Assembly: GCF_001194135.2 (NCBI RefSeq)
Contig: NC_068991.1
Location: 3,873,392 to 3,918,479 of the forward strand
Reading direction: 5' to 3'
DNA length: 45,088 nt
Origin: Octopus bimaculoides
Taxonomy: Eukaryota
Positions 1-14,412 of this stretch are shown here, piece after piece (position 1 is the stretch's first letter; the number at the start of each line of letters is the position of its first letter). Under the pieces are notes generated by a model. The model was given only the letters and a program-made list of their open reading frames with translations, was not told where the DNA came from and did no database searches. Position numbers and translations under genes: made by a program.

Positions 1-231
1 ACTAATGAAAGTGAGTTGTATAAGATTTCACAATGTGAGTTTTATACACATAATTTTTTTAAAAAAATAGAGAAAGGAAAACTATCACGTTATAGAAAAT
101 TTCTCGTATGAAAAAGTTTTACTGATTAACTTTTGGTGCATATTGTGTGTACGTGTGCTTGCATGTATGTAGGTTGGTATACACACATACATGTGTGTAT
201 ATATAGTTGAAATTTACAAAAAAAAAAAAAA

Positions 232-362
232 CAAGACGAAGACAGGTGTATAAATAGCAAACAGGTGTATTAGTTTAACGCTCGGGAAGGTGACAAAATC
301 TTTTACGTTTCGAGCCTACGCTCTTCAGCAGAGAGGAACACGAGGAAATAAACAGAGAGAAA
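232..362 (-). mobile_element. Penelope-like terminal repeat fragment with hammerhead-like motif (copy 1 of 2)
   Basis: Minus strand 331-300 reads CTGCTGAA-GAGC-GTAG-GCTC-GAAAC-GTA-AAAG. A homologous block lies at 10940-11075. The motif resembles the minimal hammerheads at PLE termini, but the core is degenerate (CUGCUGA). Confidence 0.5.
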
Positions 363-597
363 ATATGTATATATACAGAGATAAGGGAATAATTTTATTC
401 TCAAACGCAGGATAATGTTAATAATGTTAATAATGTAGCATGTATAGGATAAACTATCCATATTTTGCAGAAAAATCTGTCGGCGGCCAGCCATGAGACT
501 TGAACTCACATCTCTGTGTTTACGCGTCTAGTGTAATCACATTAAGCTTAATCGACACGACGACAATTTTTTCTGCAAATATATATACATGCTTGTA

Positions 598-629
<32 letters not shown>

Positions 630-1231
630 GACTGATAAATACATATATATATATGTATATTTATCGTGATATAAAAAGAGAAGCGCATACACACATTTAT
701 ATAAAGATCTACATGTATATACATATATATATTGTATACACATACATATGTATATGTATACATATATGCATGCATGCATGCATGAAAGAATAAAGAGCCA
801 CTGGGAGAAAATTATCCTTAGAAAGCTTGCATCGAAGTTGCATAAACTTTATTTTCCGCCTCACTTCACTTCAAATCTATAATGCTACACATTATGTCGA
901 AGCCTGCAGCTAGGAGCAGAACGTGGCGATGATATGGGTGTAGACATGCACATATGCGTGTGTTTGGGGCATACATGTGCATATAAGTTATATGTTATCA
1001 TTCTTTAAGCGTGGTGCAGACATGCGCCAGCATCTATGCGTCTATAGTTTTATTGCCCATGTCTTGAGAGAAACTTTGGGGTCTGTTTGGCTGATTCATT
1101 AATATAGCGAGTTGTTTATGGTGTATATTCTACACATAGATGAACGCACCCACTCACATACATATACGAGTCCCCTAACAGACACACACATATATACACA
1201 CCACATACACAGACATTTATCCAAACACACG

Positions 1232-1270
<39 letters not shown>

Positions 1271-2139
1271 ACATCTATAATGCGTATATTGATCTGTGTA
1301 TGATATATGAATTATATATATATATATATATGTGTGTATATACATACATACATATANNNNNNNNNNNNNNNNNNNNNNNNNNNNNNNNNNNNNNNNNNNN
1401 NNNNNNNNNNNNNNNNNNNNNNNNNNNNNNNNNNNNNNNNNNNNNNNNNNNNNNNNNNNNNNNNNNNNNNNNNNNNNNNNNNNNNNNNNNNNNNNNNNNN
1501 NNNNNNNNNNNNNNNNNNNNNNNNNNNNNNNNNNNNNNNNNNNNNNNNNNNNNNNNNNNNNNNNNNNNNNNNNNNNNNNNNNNNNNNNNNNNNNNNNNNN
1601 NNNNNNNNNNNNNNNNNNNNNNNNNNNNNNNNNNNNNNNNNNNNNNNNNNNNNNNNNNNNNNNNNNNNNNNNNNNNNNNNNNNNNNNNNNNNNNNNNNNN
1701 NNNNNNNNNNNNNNNNNNNNNNNNNNNNNNNNNNNNNNNNNNNNNNNNNNNNNNNNNNNNNNNNNNNNNNNNNNNNNNNNNNNNNNNNNNNNNNNNNNNN
1801 NNNNNNNNNNNNNNNNNNNNNNNNNNNNNNNNNNNNNNNNNNNNNNNNNNNNNNNNNNNNNNNNNNNNNNNNNNNNNNNNNNNNNNNNNNNNNNNNNNNN
1901 NNNNNNNNNNNNNNNNNNNNNNNNNNNNNNNNNNNNNNNNNNNNNNNNNNNNNNNNNNNNNNNNNNNNNNNNNNNNNNNNNNNNNNNNNNNNNNNNNNNN
2001 NNNNNNNNNNNNNNNNNNNNNNNNNNNNNNNNNNNNNNNNNNNNNNNNNNNNNNNNNNNNNNNNNNNNNNNNNNNNNNNNNNNNNNNNNNNNNNNNNNNN
2101 NNNNNNNNNNNNNNNNNNNNNNNNNNNNNNNNNNNNNNN

Positions 2140-2209
<70 letters not shown>

Positions 2210-2892
2210 GTGTGTGTGCGTGTATATGTACATATATATATATGTGTGTGTGTGTGTGTACACATCATATATGTGTAAATAAGTGAGTCTGGCTGTTCAT
2301 GTGCGTTTGTATTTGCATCGTGCATTAGAACGTAGCGTTGTGTGCTCCTCAGATGGTTGCGAGGGAAATGCAGTAAATGACAGCTTTGTTTGGCTAGCTA
2401 TATCAATTGCGTTTTGGTAATTACGACTACATCTATGAATAGTTGTTGCTCATTTGACTAAACAAGCTATACCAAGTGTTTATGTGATTATCGGCGTATC
2501 TGCTGAATTATATATCAGCTGACACAGCATATAGTTGATCGTGCAAATGCTCACATATATACACACATATATACACACGCATATATGATGCAATTTCATA
2601 TGTGTATTCTTTGTTTTCATATTGAGAATGCTTTCTAAACGAAAGGCTGGTGTTATTACAAAGTAAGGAAACATCGTTGCCGGAATTTGGATAATGATAT
2701 CGATAAGTGTTACACACTGAACTTTTGAAACGTCTTGTATATTGTCACTGTTCCGTTTGCAGATTGCATTCGTTAGGTGTGTATTAATCCGTCACTCTCT
2801 TTTCACGATGATCCTAAATTTTCCGGGTTATCTGTAAGACATTTACTGTGACAAAAACAAGAGCACTGATAATTTTTGTATAAATGGGATTT

Positions 2893-3192
2893 GGTGAAGG
2901 TACGTGGTTTAATGTTTTGGTGTATTCGGCTTACGATCGTATGACCGTGCGTTCGATTCCAGGCAGTGCGAATAAGCCACTTTATTTCATGTTGCTCCAG
3001 TCCACTCAGCTGGTAAAAATGAGTTGTACCTGTAATTCAAAGAGCCAGCCTTGTCACAGGCTGTTTCACATTGAATCTCCCTGAGATCTACGTTAGGGGT
3101 ACGCTTGTCTGTGGAGTACTCAGTCACTTGCACGTTAATTTCCCGATCAGACTGTTTCATAAATCGGATCAACCGGAACCTACGTCGTCATA
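2893..3192 (+). mobile_element. tRNA-derived SINE (head-2 + body A)
   Basis: A-box-like TGGTTTAATG and B box GTTCGATTCC. The 3' body (GTTGTACCTGTA...CACTTGCACGTTAATTTC) matches the reverse complement of copies at 17912-18115 and 20280-20470. Confidence 0.85.
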
Positions 3193-3209
3193 TCTGTGTG
3201 TGTGTGTGT

Positions 3210-3368
3210 GTACCGCTGGTTCCCACGCATTTTTCACCTATCAGATTCACTCAAGACCTCGGTCGGCTCGGATCAACAGAAGATAATTTGCCCAAGGTGC
3301 TACACAGCGGATCTGAACCCGAATTCCCGTGTTTACAAGCTAGCTTTTTAACCACAGAGCCATGCCTT
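3210..3368 (-). mobile_element. SINE family B, 5' half
   Basis: Reverse complement AGGCATGGCTCTGTGGTTAAAAAGCTAGCTTG...GGGTTCAGATCC...CACCTTGGGCAA aligns to the full copy at 30647-31075. Confidence 0.7.
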
Positions 3369-3859
3369 CTTTGTGTGTAATAAATATGTTATCTATATTC
3401 ATGCCAAAAGGCAATCGTTCTTGCGAAAAGTATTAAATAAAACTTTCGCAACGTTATCAAGTCGCAATGGGAAGCAGGAATTTGATGACGTCTTTGAGTA
3501 ACCGAGGTTAAGTATTCCAGACAGATGAGTGCCATAATCGATATTACGACTGCATCCTTTTATAGCCGTTTTCTTTTCGTAGATGGTGTCTGAGTGTTAC
3601 TGTATGATACACAAAGGAAGTTTGAGCTAACATCAAAGACATAACCATGCTTGCGGCGTCTTGCAAAGTCTCTTCAGAAGCCTTGTGTTATAACGGCAAC
3701 CAGCCAGATGTTACTTTATCTGTTTATAAAATTAGGTGATGATAAAATGTATTTTATATGGAAAAGAAACCAAATTAGTAACCGTCGTTTCCAAATTGTG
3801 TGTGTTTAAAGCACCCGAGCTCAAGATTTTGACGAGATGATTCACCATATATGGACCTC

Positions 3860-4260
3860 ATATGGAATGGACAATGTTGCTGGCATGATCGGGAATACTT
3901 ACGGCCGAAATGGGGTTTCCCTGAAGGATCTCTGGAGTAATGTTACTCGATGGTGTCCGTAGCTCAAAGCCCAGCCACTATTGCTCCACGTTGAAAGGTC
4001 ATAGCTCCGGTTTTAGGACATGTGATAAGAATGCCGCAGGAAAGGATCGCAAGAAAGGTTCTTCAATTTGAGCCAATTAGCAGGTGGCCCAGGAGCAGAG
4101 TAATAACAATATGGTAGGATATCTTATGTCTCAGTTGGTCATGCTTGGGGGATCCAGCTGGAAATGGTAATGACGGTTGCTTTTGGAACGACCCTATGGA
4201 GAAAATGCCAAAGGAATCTACCACTACTAGCTTCCCATGAAAAGTGAGCAGAGAAAATAG
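3860..4260 (+). mobile_element. RTE-clade LINE remnant (C-terminal RT region and 3' end), disabled
   Basis: Broken translation EMGFP*RISGVMLLDGVR...LLHVERS*...GHVIRMPQERIARKVLQFEP..RWPRSR resembles the RTE/Rex3-type C-terminus (EMGFLRR..LLLHIERSQLRWFGH..RMP). Confidence 0.8.
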
Positions 4261-4892
4261 ATCGAAGGGATAATGGATGACATTACCTGTCAGTTACACG
4301 ATTTTACTGACGGCTGTACGGTCATAAATATCTGAAAATCTTTATGAAAAGTTTGACAATATGTTGATGAATGTTCAGCTAATTTAATCCCGAAAATAAT
4401 TACTTACGTCATGCTTTAAAAACAAGCTAACAATATTTATATTTTTATTGCTATAGTATATATGTATGTATATATATATATATATATATATATAATTATG
4501 TAAAATCGTAGTTATTTTAATTATTTTAATTAAAGAGTAATACTTTGTATCTAATTTATTACTTATTTTGTAATACGAGAAAACATATTTTAATAGAAGC
4601 ATTTATCAATTAACTCATATCCAAAAGTTAGTCAAGTAAAAATATTTCTCATCGAATGAATGGTTAACAGATCTGAGTTTCTCATATTTATATATACTGC
4701 CTTTACACACATACACTTACACACACACACACACACATATGCCCATACAAACATGCACGCATGCATATATGTATGTGTGTGTGCTTATATATATATATAT
4801 ATATNNNNNNNNNNNNNNNNNNNNNNNNNNNNNNNNNNNNNNNNNNNNNNNNNNNNNNNNNNNNNNNNNNNNNNNNNNNNNNNNNNNNNNNA

Positions 4893-5005
4893 GCCACGAA
4901 AGATTTTAATCGAACGTACCAACACCAATATCAATCTCGAACCGCTAGGTAACTACACCAGCACTAGCACCAGTTGTCAACCAGTGATAGGTGAGAAACA
5001 CACAC
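4893..5005 (-). mobile_element. SINE family B, 3' half fragment
   Basis: Reverse complement ...ATCACTGGTTGACAACTGGTGCT...ACCTAGCGGTTCG is similar to 30860-30920. Confidence 0.55.
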
Positions 5006-5029
5006 ACTAACACACATACGCACACACGC

Positions 5030-5068
<39 letters not shown>

Positions 5069-5087
5069 CACACACACACACATGTAT

Positions 5088-5226
5088 GTGGAGCAGCAGT
5101 GGCTGGACTTTGAGGGACTCCCTTATTTCTGTGGTACGGATACCGTCGAGTAGCATTACCCCAGAGATCCTTCAGGAAAACCCCATTTCGGCCGTAAGTA
5201 TTACTGAACATGCCAGCAACATTCAT
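5088..5226 (-). mobile_element. RTE-clade LINE fragment, inverted relative to 3875-3990
   Basis: Minus strand translates EMGFS*RISGVMLLDGIRTTEIRESLKVQPLLLH and is highly similar to 3875-3990 by eye. Confidence 0.8.
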
Positions 5227-6575
5227 ACATTATCATCATTCTAGATTGGAACGAAACAAATGCTCACAGCTTTACCAATTCTAAACAACGTCACATCGTT
5301 CATTCATACGTTACCATCATATCGGAATGCTCCCAGCATCTCCATCGTCATTGAAACTATGTATGACCCATCAGTTCCACCACCACACCATGCCGTTTGT
5401 GTCACTGTCTATTCTTTAACTATATATTTATCTTCCATTTTATGAAGTCCACAATTTAATCACCTGCACCACATCACAACTTGAAGGAGCCCTAGAGCGT
5501 TACAAGATAGATTTTGCATTTTAATTCATGGAGTTAAAAATCCTGACACGTAGGCTTCTGTGAATTCCTTATACAACGTAACCTAATAATGTTCCTTTAG
5601 ACTCTTCACACACACACTTATAAAATACATACATGTATCCATGTATACGTATATATGTATATATATANNNNNNNNNNNNNNNNNNNNNNNNNNNNNNNNN
5701 NNNNNNNNNNNNNNNNNNNNNNNNNNNNNNNNNNNNNNNNNNNNNNNNNNNNNNNNNNNNNNNNNNNNNNNNNNNNNNNNNNNNNNNNNNNNNNNNNNNN
5801 NNNNNNNNNNNNNNNNNNNNNNNNNNNNNNNNNNNNNNNNNNNNNNNNNNNNNNNNNNNNNNNNNNNNNNNNNNNNNNNNNNNNNNNNNNNNNNNNNNNN
5901 NNNNNNNNNNNNNNNNNNNNNNNNNNNNNNNNNNNNNNNNNNNNNNNNNNNNNNNNNNNNNNNNNNNNNNNNNNNNNNNNNNNNNNNNNNNNNNNNNNNN
6001 NNNNNNNNNNNNNNNNNNNNNNNNNNNNNNNNNNNNNNNNNNNNNNNNNNNNNNNNNNNNNNNNNNNNNNNNNNNNNNNNNNNNNNNNNNNNNNNNNNNN
6101 NNNNNNNNNNNNNNNNNNNNNNNNNNNNNNNNNNNNNNNNNNNNNNNNNNNNNNNNNNNNNNNNNNNNNNNNNNNNNNNNNNNNNNNNNNNNNNNNNNNN
6201 NNNNNNNNNNNNNNNNNNNNNNNNNNNNNNNNNNNNNNNNNNNNNNNNNNNNNNNNNNNNNNNNNNNNNNNNNNNNNNNNNNNNNNNNNNNNNNNNNNNN
6301 NNNNNNNNNNNNNNNNNNNNNNNNNNNNNNNNNNNNNNNNNNNNNNNNNNNNNNNNNNNNNNNNNNNNNNNNNNNNNNNNNNNNNNNNNNNNNNNNNNNN
6401 NNNNNNNNNNNNNNNNNNNNNNNNNNNNNNNNNNNNNNNNNNNNNNNNNNNNNNNNNNNNNNNNNNNNNNNNNNNNNNNNNNNNNNNNNNNNNNNNNNNN
6501 NNNNNNNNNNNNNNNNNNNNNNNNNNNNNNNNNNNNNNNNNNNNNNNNNNNNNNNNNNNNNNNNNNNNNNNNNNN

Positions 6576-6606
<31 letters not shown>

Positions 6607-7828
6607 CATGAATACAAGTGCATGTGTGTTGGTGTAAATTTACTAAACTGAAGCTATAAGTCATCCACATAGACATAAAGATACGTATCAGAGATAATCC
6701 AACATCCGATGCTAGCCTTGCCAAAATGAACCAACCAAAATTATTCAAACAAACAAAAACACACACTCACACACAAACAGAAGCACCTGGCATATTCATA
6801 CGCACACATATACAGACGCACACACACATACACACACACATGCTCTGTCCCATTGAAAGTGTCACAGAAAAAGTTAAATAAAATGCAAGCTAATCTCCTT
6901 AACGCACCAATGGCGCGATTTTTTTCGTTCGTCCAGCGGAGACAGAAATAAGAAACCTGAAAATATCTGATGTCACTCAGACGAACCATCCACTTAAGAT
7001 ATGAATTGTCGCCATTTTGGTTCTCTTACACCTATGTTTATTGCTTCCGTTTCTTCTTTTTCTTTTTTCGTTTTCATCTTCGTTTGTCTTCTATGCATGC
7101 ATGTATGCATGTATGTATGCATGTATGAATGTATGTATGTATGTATGTATGTATGTATGAATGCATGTATGTATAAATGTACGTGTGCATGCATGCATGT
7201 ATGTATAAATGTATGCATGCATGTATGTTATGTATGCATACATGTATGTATATTTGTGTGTATATATATATATACAAACAAATATCTACACACGCATGTA
7301 TATGTAGGAGTATAAATATCGATACAAGTGCTATAAATATAGATACAAATAATATATATATATATATATAAAAATGTGTGTATATGTATATATATATATA
7401 TATATATATACATACATATAATGTATATGTATATATATTTATGTATATATGGATATATATATTTATATGTATATTTGTGTATGTAGATTTCGTAAGTGTA
7501 TGCATGCCCACACAAGCGGATATAAGTAAATATAAATATCAGTATACATATATGTGTACTGAAAAATGTATAAAATACATGTACCATTCACATGTATATA
7601 AGTATGGAATAAAATATGCGTAATCAACAATATACCGTATATATACATACATATACATACGTGAATAATTTACATTTAGAAACAGCTCATCACACAAACA
7701 GACACCCACATGCACACAAACACACACGCACGCACAAATACTCCCGCATGTATATATGTATATATATATATATAATAAATACACACATACACATACACAC
7801 ACACGTGCACACGGGCACTCGCACAGAG

Positions 7829-7888
<60 letters not shown>

Positions 7889-8570
7889 NNNNNNNNNNNN
7901 NNNNNNNNNNNNNNNNNNNNNNNNNNNNNNNNNNNNNNNNNNNNNNNNNNNNNNNNNNNNNNNNNNNNNNNNNNNNNNNNNNNNNNNNNNNNNNNNNNNN
8001 NNNNNNNNNNNNNNNNNNNNNNNNNNNNNNNNNNNNNNNNNNNNNNNNNNNNNNNNNNNNNNNNNNNNNNNNNNNNNNNNNNNNNNNNNNNNNNNNNNNN
8101 NNNNNNNNNNNNNNNNNNNNNNNNNNNNNNNNNNNNNNNNNNNNNNNNNNNNNNNNNNNNNNNNNNNNNNNNNNNNNNNNNNNNNNNNNNNNNNNNNNNN
8201 NNNNNNNNNNNNNNNNNNNNNNNNNNNNNNNNNNNNNNNNNNNNNNNNNNNNNNNNNNNNNNNNNNNNNNNNNNNNNNNNNNNNNNNNNNNNNNNNNNNN
8301 NNNNNNNNNNNNNNNNNNNNNNNNNNNNNNNNNNNNNNNNNNNNNNNNNNNNNNNNNNNNNNNNNNNNNNNNNNNNNNNNNNNNNNNNNNNNNNNNNNNN
8401 NNNNNNNNNNNNNNNNNNNNNNNNNNNNNNNNNNNNNNNNNNNNNNNNNNNNNNNNNNNNNNNNNNNNNNNNNNNNNNNNNNNNNNNNNNNNNNNNNNNN
8501 NNNNNNNNNNNNNNNNNNNNNNNNNNNNNNNNNNNNNNNNNNNNNNNNNNNNNNNNNNNNNNNNNNNNNN

Positions 8571-8623
<53 letters not shown>

Positions 8624-9243
8624 CACACACACAGAGTATGCGTACTTATTTATAAGAATTCTTGGATAGTGTAATTCCAAGTTTCCATTTTCTTGTCATA
8701 GATATATTTTACTTATTTGTCTACATAGTTATTTTTTCACGGTTTTTAGTCGGTTTTGTTTGTTTCCAAGATGGCGTTGGCTGCTAAAGTTTTTAGAAAG
8801 TTCTTTCAGTGGTGGTTCTGAAGAGATATAATGATTGAATTCATGCAGCTGGAAGACATAGCTATATATCATATATTTGCTTGTACACACACACACACAC
8901 ACACATATATAGATATGAATAGATACACACACTCACACACGCACATTTATATATGTCGGTACGTTTGTATTTATGTGCGTACGTATGTTAGTGCGTACTT
9001 ACGCACGTATTTTGTGTGTATGTATATCTACATACATTTCTCATTACAGATATTAATATATTGAAGTGTATTCGTACATACATACATATATACATATACA
9101 GACATACATATATATTTTTATATGTATATATAGCTGTATATACGTACATTTATATGCATATATATGTGTATGTATTTAGGCATATGTATAAGTATGTTTA
9201 CTTTTGTCTGTATATGTGTATATATATAAATATGTATGTAGGC

Positions 9244-9305
<62 letters not shown>

Positions 9306-10175
9306 GAATATATATAGACATGTATATATACGTACATATACATATAAATACACATGGTCGTATATACATGTATGTATATATGTGTGTATNNNNNNNNNNN
9401 NNNNNNNNNNNNNNNNNNNNNNNNNNNNNNNNNNNNNNNNNNNNNNNNNNNNNNNNNNNNNNNNNNNNNNNNNNNNNNNNNNNNNNNNNNNNNNNNNNNN
9501 NNNNNNNNNNNNNNNNNNNNNNNNNNNNNNNNNNNNNNNNNNNNNNNNNNNNNNNNNNNNNNNNNNNNNNNATATATATATATATATATATGCGTGTATG
9601 TATATGAAATTTTCTTTCTCTATTCGAACACACAACGGTGTGTAAATAGGTGTACATGTATAAATAGATGAATATAACGTGAATAAAGTTTTAATTTATG
9701 TTTTGTTTGTTTTTCTGTTCGTTAGACTGTATTTCTTGTGTTTAGTGAAACATCCATACCCGGAGGTACTCTAAATATACACTCTCACATATAATCAAGC
9801 CCCGTCCGCACATTCACAAGAACACGGGAATACACATACAGAAGCATACACAAACAGATTCACGCCCACACACTAACACGCACACACATACGACATTAAT
9901 GCACACACATGTATGTTTGTATGTATTTATGTTATAAATATATACACATACATGCATATATACTTATATATATACACATATACATACATATATATATATA
10001 TCTATATATATATACACATACATACATATATACGTATACATATATATATGTACTTGCTGCGTTTACGTATTGGTTTATATATATGTAATTTATGTATTTG
10101 TGCTTTTATATATACATGCTTTATATATACATGCTTTACTCTTTTACTTGTTTCTGTCATTTGACTGTGGCCATA

Positions 10176-10220
<45 letters not shown>

Positions 10221-10939
10221 TGTGCATATATTTTTGTTTACGTGCGTTGATATCAAATATATATATATGCATATTTGTGTGAATACACACATACCTACAC
10301 ATACAGAGCTACTCTCTCTCAATCTCTTACTGTTCGTCTCCCTCTTTCTCTCTCTCTCTCTCTTTCACGCGCTCAAAGATACATCCACAGACTCCGATAC
10401 ATACGTATATGTGATGACTACCTCTGGATATTTAATGCGACCAAGAAATCATAAAAAGAGACAAACAGAAATGAAGGGAAAAGTCCGAATCGAAGTGAAA
10501 GATTTGTAGACATACATACATAGAAGAACACGAAATGTCAACCAAATACCTGATGCACGAGTGGGATATGCACAACCACATAGTCTCACACACTCACACA
10601 CATCCACACAAACGCCCCCCCCCACAAACACACAAAGCAGTTTAGAGACTCTGGATAACGAGTCCGTGCGTTCGCAACTGACCTAAGGCCCTAGAACATG
10701 CATAGTTTCTTTGAAGGGCTTACATACAGTCTTCGTCTGCTGAATTTCACTCAGAAGAGTTTGATAGCCTGAGTTTCTGATAAAATGATACTTGCTTAAG
10801 TTCCTAAGGTGATAGAACAAACCTGGACGATACCAAATTACAAAGCGAACTTCTTGATCACGCCGCTATACAAGATCCCGATACATTAACGTAAAAAAAA
10901 AGTTATGGCTAACAATCATACAAAAAATAAAAAATAAAA

Positions 10940-11075
10940 ACAGAGACAGGTGTGGGAACATTAAACAAAGTATATTAGTTTGACACTCAGGTAAAATGGA
11001 GGTCTCCCACGTTTCGTGCCTACGCACTTCTACAGAAAGGGATGAGGAGAGAAAACAGACGGAGAGAGGAAAAAA
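10940..11075 (-). mobile_element. Penelope-like terminal repeat fragment with hammerhead-like motif (copy 2 of 2)
   Basis: Minus strand 11040-11003 reads CTTT-CTGTAGAA-GTGC-GTAG-GCAC-GAAAC-GTG. Flanks (GACAGGTGT, TATTAGTTT.AC.CTC.GG) are shared with 232-362. Confidence 0.5.
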
Positions 11076-11339
11076 TAACCGAAAGGCAAGAAAAAAAAAA
11101 CATGTCTAGATTAATGGTCGCACGTGTTTAATTGCCAGTTTGATTCTGCCTGGCTGAACTTCCTCCTCTCTTATTCCCCTCATCTCCTTCCTTGTCTTCT
11201 TATCGGATTTTTGCCTCCTCTCCTAAACCACTTTACCACCACTCCACCCGGGTTACCATTGAAACTTTCTACTTCTCTCAGAATCCACTGTGTTGGATTT
11301 TACTCTACACTGTTGTTGATACGTAAAAAAGTTAGTACT

Positions 11340-11588
11340 GTTTCGAGTCCTAGAACTAAGGGCATCAGTCACCGGTTTCCATGTCGTGTAAGTGACCGAG
11401 GTCAGAACATACCTCCGGGACGGGACGGAACGCTAGTCCATCGCAGAGTTATTCATTTACAGCCACGTGAACTGAGCAACGTGGATGAAGTGATTTGCGC
11501 AAGAGCACAACATACCACCCGGTCCTAGAATCGAAACCACGACCTTGGTAACGTGAGTGCAACGCCCTAAACGCTATACCACACACCT
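11340..11588 (-). mobile_element. tRNA-derived CORE-like SINE (head-2 + CORE-like body)
   Basis: Reverse complement has a tRNA head (GGTTTCGATTCT B box) followed by CTGCGATGGACTAGCGTTCCGTCCC, which resembles the CORE domain. Confidence 0.75.
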
Positions 11589-12044
11589 ACTCAATACAAT
11601 TATTGTGTTGGTTGATTACTTTTACTGATTTTATATCAAAAGTATTTATTTTATTGAATTATTTCCGGATTGTTGTATAATTTAATCAAGTTGAATGTTT
11701 GAATCTCCTATTAATAACTGGTGATTATGTTATCATATTAATAATTGTTGTTGCATTGTTTTAATGATGGAAAATCAAAAAGATATTCTTAGTATATCTG
11801 AGGTTTGAGGCTTGCGTAAACATTAAATATATTTATTTGTGGTTTCGCATTCATTGAGGTTTTTAGTGTATTCTGATGCATACATTTTTATATCGTTGAT
11901 TTATTCAACGGCATACACACACACATATGCATTTCTGATTGCGTGTGTATATGCCGATCCGCGCGTATATTCATGTACACTCAGACATATATATTTATAT
12001 ATGCAAGTAGATGTATGTTCTCTTCTATTTTTAATTAATTAATT

Positions 12045-12350
12045 TCTTCCTTTGAGGAGCGAACTGGTTTCTGATGAAGATGCAAAGTTCCATCTTTGGA
12101 ATATAGTTGACGAAAATAATGTCACATCTTAAACTTGAGATTGTCTTGAATATTTTTACTGTTCCATTTACAGATTACATTCGTAAGGTACGAGTTAGTT
12201 GGTTGATTTCTTGTCCTGAAAACCCAAACTTATCCTGACTGTCAGTTAGGCAGTTACGAACAAAACCAAGAAAACCAATTATTACTGGAAGAAATGCGTA
12301 CAATGTTCCTAATAGTCAGTGACGGTCTTCTTCGGACCCGAGTGGACAGC
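12045..12350. repeat. Unclassified interspersed repeat; 12143-12190 matches 2732-2779
   Basis: 48-nt alignment with 8 mismatches (GTCTTG.ATATT.T.ACTGTTCC.TTT.CAGATT.CATTCGT.AGGT). Confidence 0.45.
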
Positions 12351-12469
12351 CAATCGCGTATATATATGTCTGAGAGTAAATAAAATATTTAATTCATAAT
12401 CGTTAGTCCGACAAAATATATTCTGTTTCGCCTATGACTCATACATATATGCACTCATTGGTGTGTGTG

Positions 12470-12990
<521 letters not shown>

Positions 12991-13858
12991 NNNNNNNNNN
13001 NNNNNNNNNNNNNNNNNNNNNNNNNNNNNNNNNNNNNNNNNNNNNNNNNNNNNNNNNNNNNNNNNNNNNNNNNNNNNNNNNNNNNNNNNNNNNNNNNNNN
13101 NNNNNNNNNNNNNNNNNNNNNNNNNNNNNNNNNNNNNNNNNNNNNNNNNNNNNNNNNNNNNNNNNNNNNNNNNNNNNNNNNNNNNNNNNNNNNNNNNNNN
13201 NNNNNNNNNNNNNNNNNNNNNNNNNNNNNNNNNNNNNNNNNNNNNNNNNNNNNNNNNNNNNNNNNNNNNNNNNNNNNNNNNNNNNNNNNNNNNNNNNNNN
13301 NNNNNNNNNNNNNNNNNNNNNNNNNNNNNNNNNNNNNNNNNNNNNNNNNNNNNNNNNNNNNNNNNNNNNNNNNNNNNNNNNNNNNNNNNNNNNNNNNNNN
13401 NNNNNNNNNNNNNNNNNNNNNNNNNNNNNNNNNNNNNNNNNNNNNNNNNNNNNNNNNNNNNNNNNNNNNNNNNNNNNNNNNNNNNNNNNNNNNNNNNNNN
13501 NNNNNNNNNNNNNNNNNNNNNNNNNNNNNNNNNNNNNNNNNNNNNNNNNNNNNNNNNNNNNNNNNNNNNNNNNNNNNNNNNNNNNNNNNNNNNNNNNNNN
13601 NNNNNNNNNNNNNNNNNNNNNNNNNNNNNNNNNNNNNNNNNNNNNNNNNNNNNNNNNNNNNNNNNNNNNNNNNNNNNNNNNNNNNNNNNNNNNNNNNNNN
13701 NNNNNNNNNNNNNNNNNNNNNNNNNNNNNNNNNNNNNNNNNNNNNNNNNNNNNNNNNNNNNNNNNNNNNNNNNNNNNNNNNNNNNNNNNNNNNNNNNNNN
13801 NNNNNNNNNNNNNNNNNNNNNNNNNNNNNNNNNNNNNNNNNNNNNNNNNNNNNNNNNN

Positions 13859-13913
<55 letters not shown>

Positions 13914-14184
13914 TCAACAACACATTGTTGGATATAATTTCTTTATTTGTGAATTAATTGTACCATTCGTTTCATGTTAAGAAAAGTAAGAATATATCCT
14001 AGTGTCTTAACAAATTTTTCAAGCCAGTCACAGGAAGAAACGTTTTCGCCTCTATTTCGGAAAACACACAGAAACTTCCAGAAGTACTTCCTTTTCTTTT
14101 AGGAAGAGTAAACCTCGAAGCAAATATAGTTATAAATAACAGCATGCAAATACAGGTTTCAAATTTGGGCGCAAGGACATGAAT

Positions 14185-14357
14185 TTAGGGGTAGGGAGCT
14201 AAGTCGACCTTAGTGCTCAATCGATACTTATTCAATTGACCCCAAAAGTATGAAAGACAAATTCGACTTGGGTGAAATTTGAACTCACAACGTAAAGACG
14301 GACAAATGCCGTTAAGTATTTTGTCTGGCATACTACCGAGTCTGTCAGCTCGCTGCC
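14185..14357 (-). mobile_element. tRNA-derived SINE family E
   Basis: Reverse complement AGGCAGCGAGCTGACAGACTCGGTAG...GAGTTCAAATTTC...GGGGTCAAT aligns to 19955-20170. Confidence 0.8.
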
Positions 14358-14412
14358 CTATAGCAAGTAAATATTGAGTTAGAAATCCTTTAGGCAGAAA
14401 AAAAATTTGAAA

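Noticed and set aside
2720-2785. HLTNAICK resembling a tubulin-tyrosine-ligase motif, or PNECNL/PYECNL resembling a zinc finger
   Set aside because: All three frames have stops nearby, no usable exon structure was found, and the segment is repeated at 12143-12190.
3551-3750. Possible exon after TTTTCTTTTCGTAG (acceptor-like)
   Set aside because: All three frames hit stops within about 50 nt and no homology was recognisable.
12071-12125. CTGATGA...GAAA as a hammerhead
   Set aside because: Stem II is not adjacent to GAAA and stems I and III do not pair.
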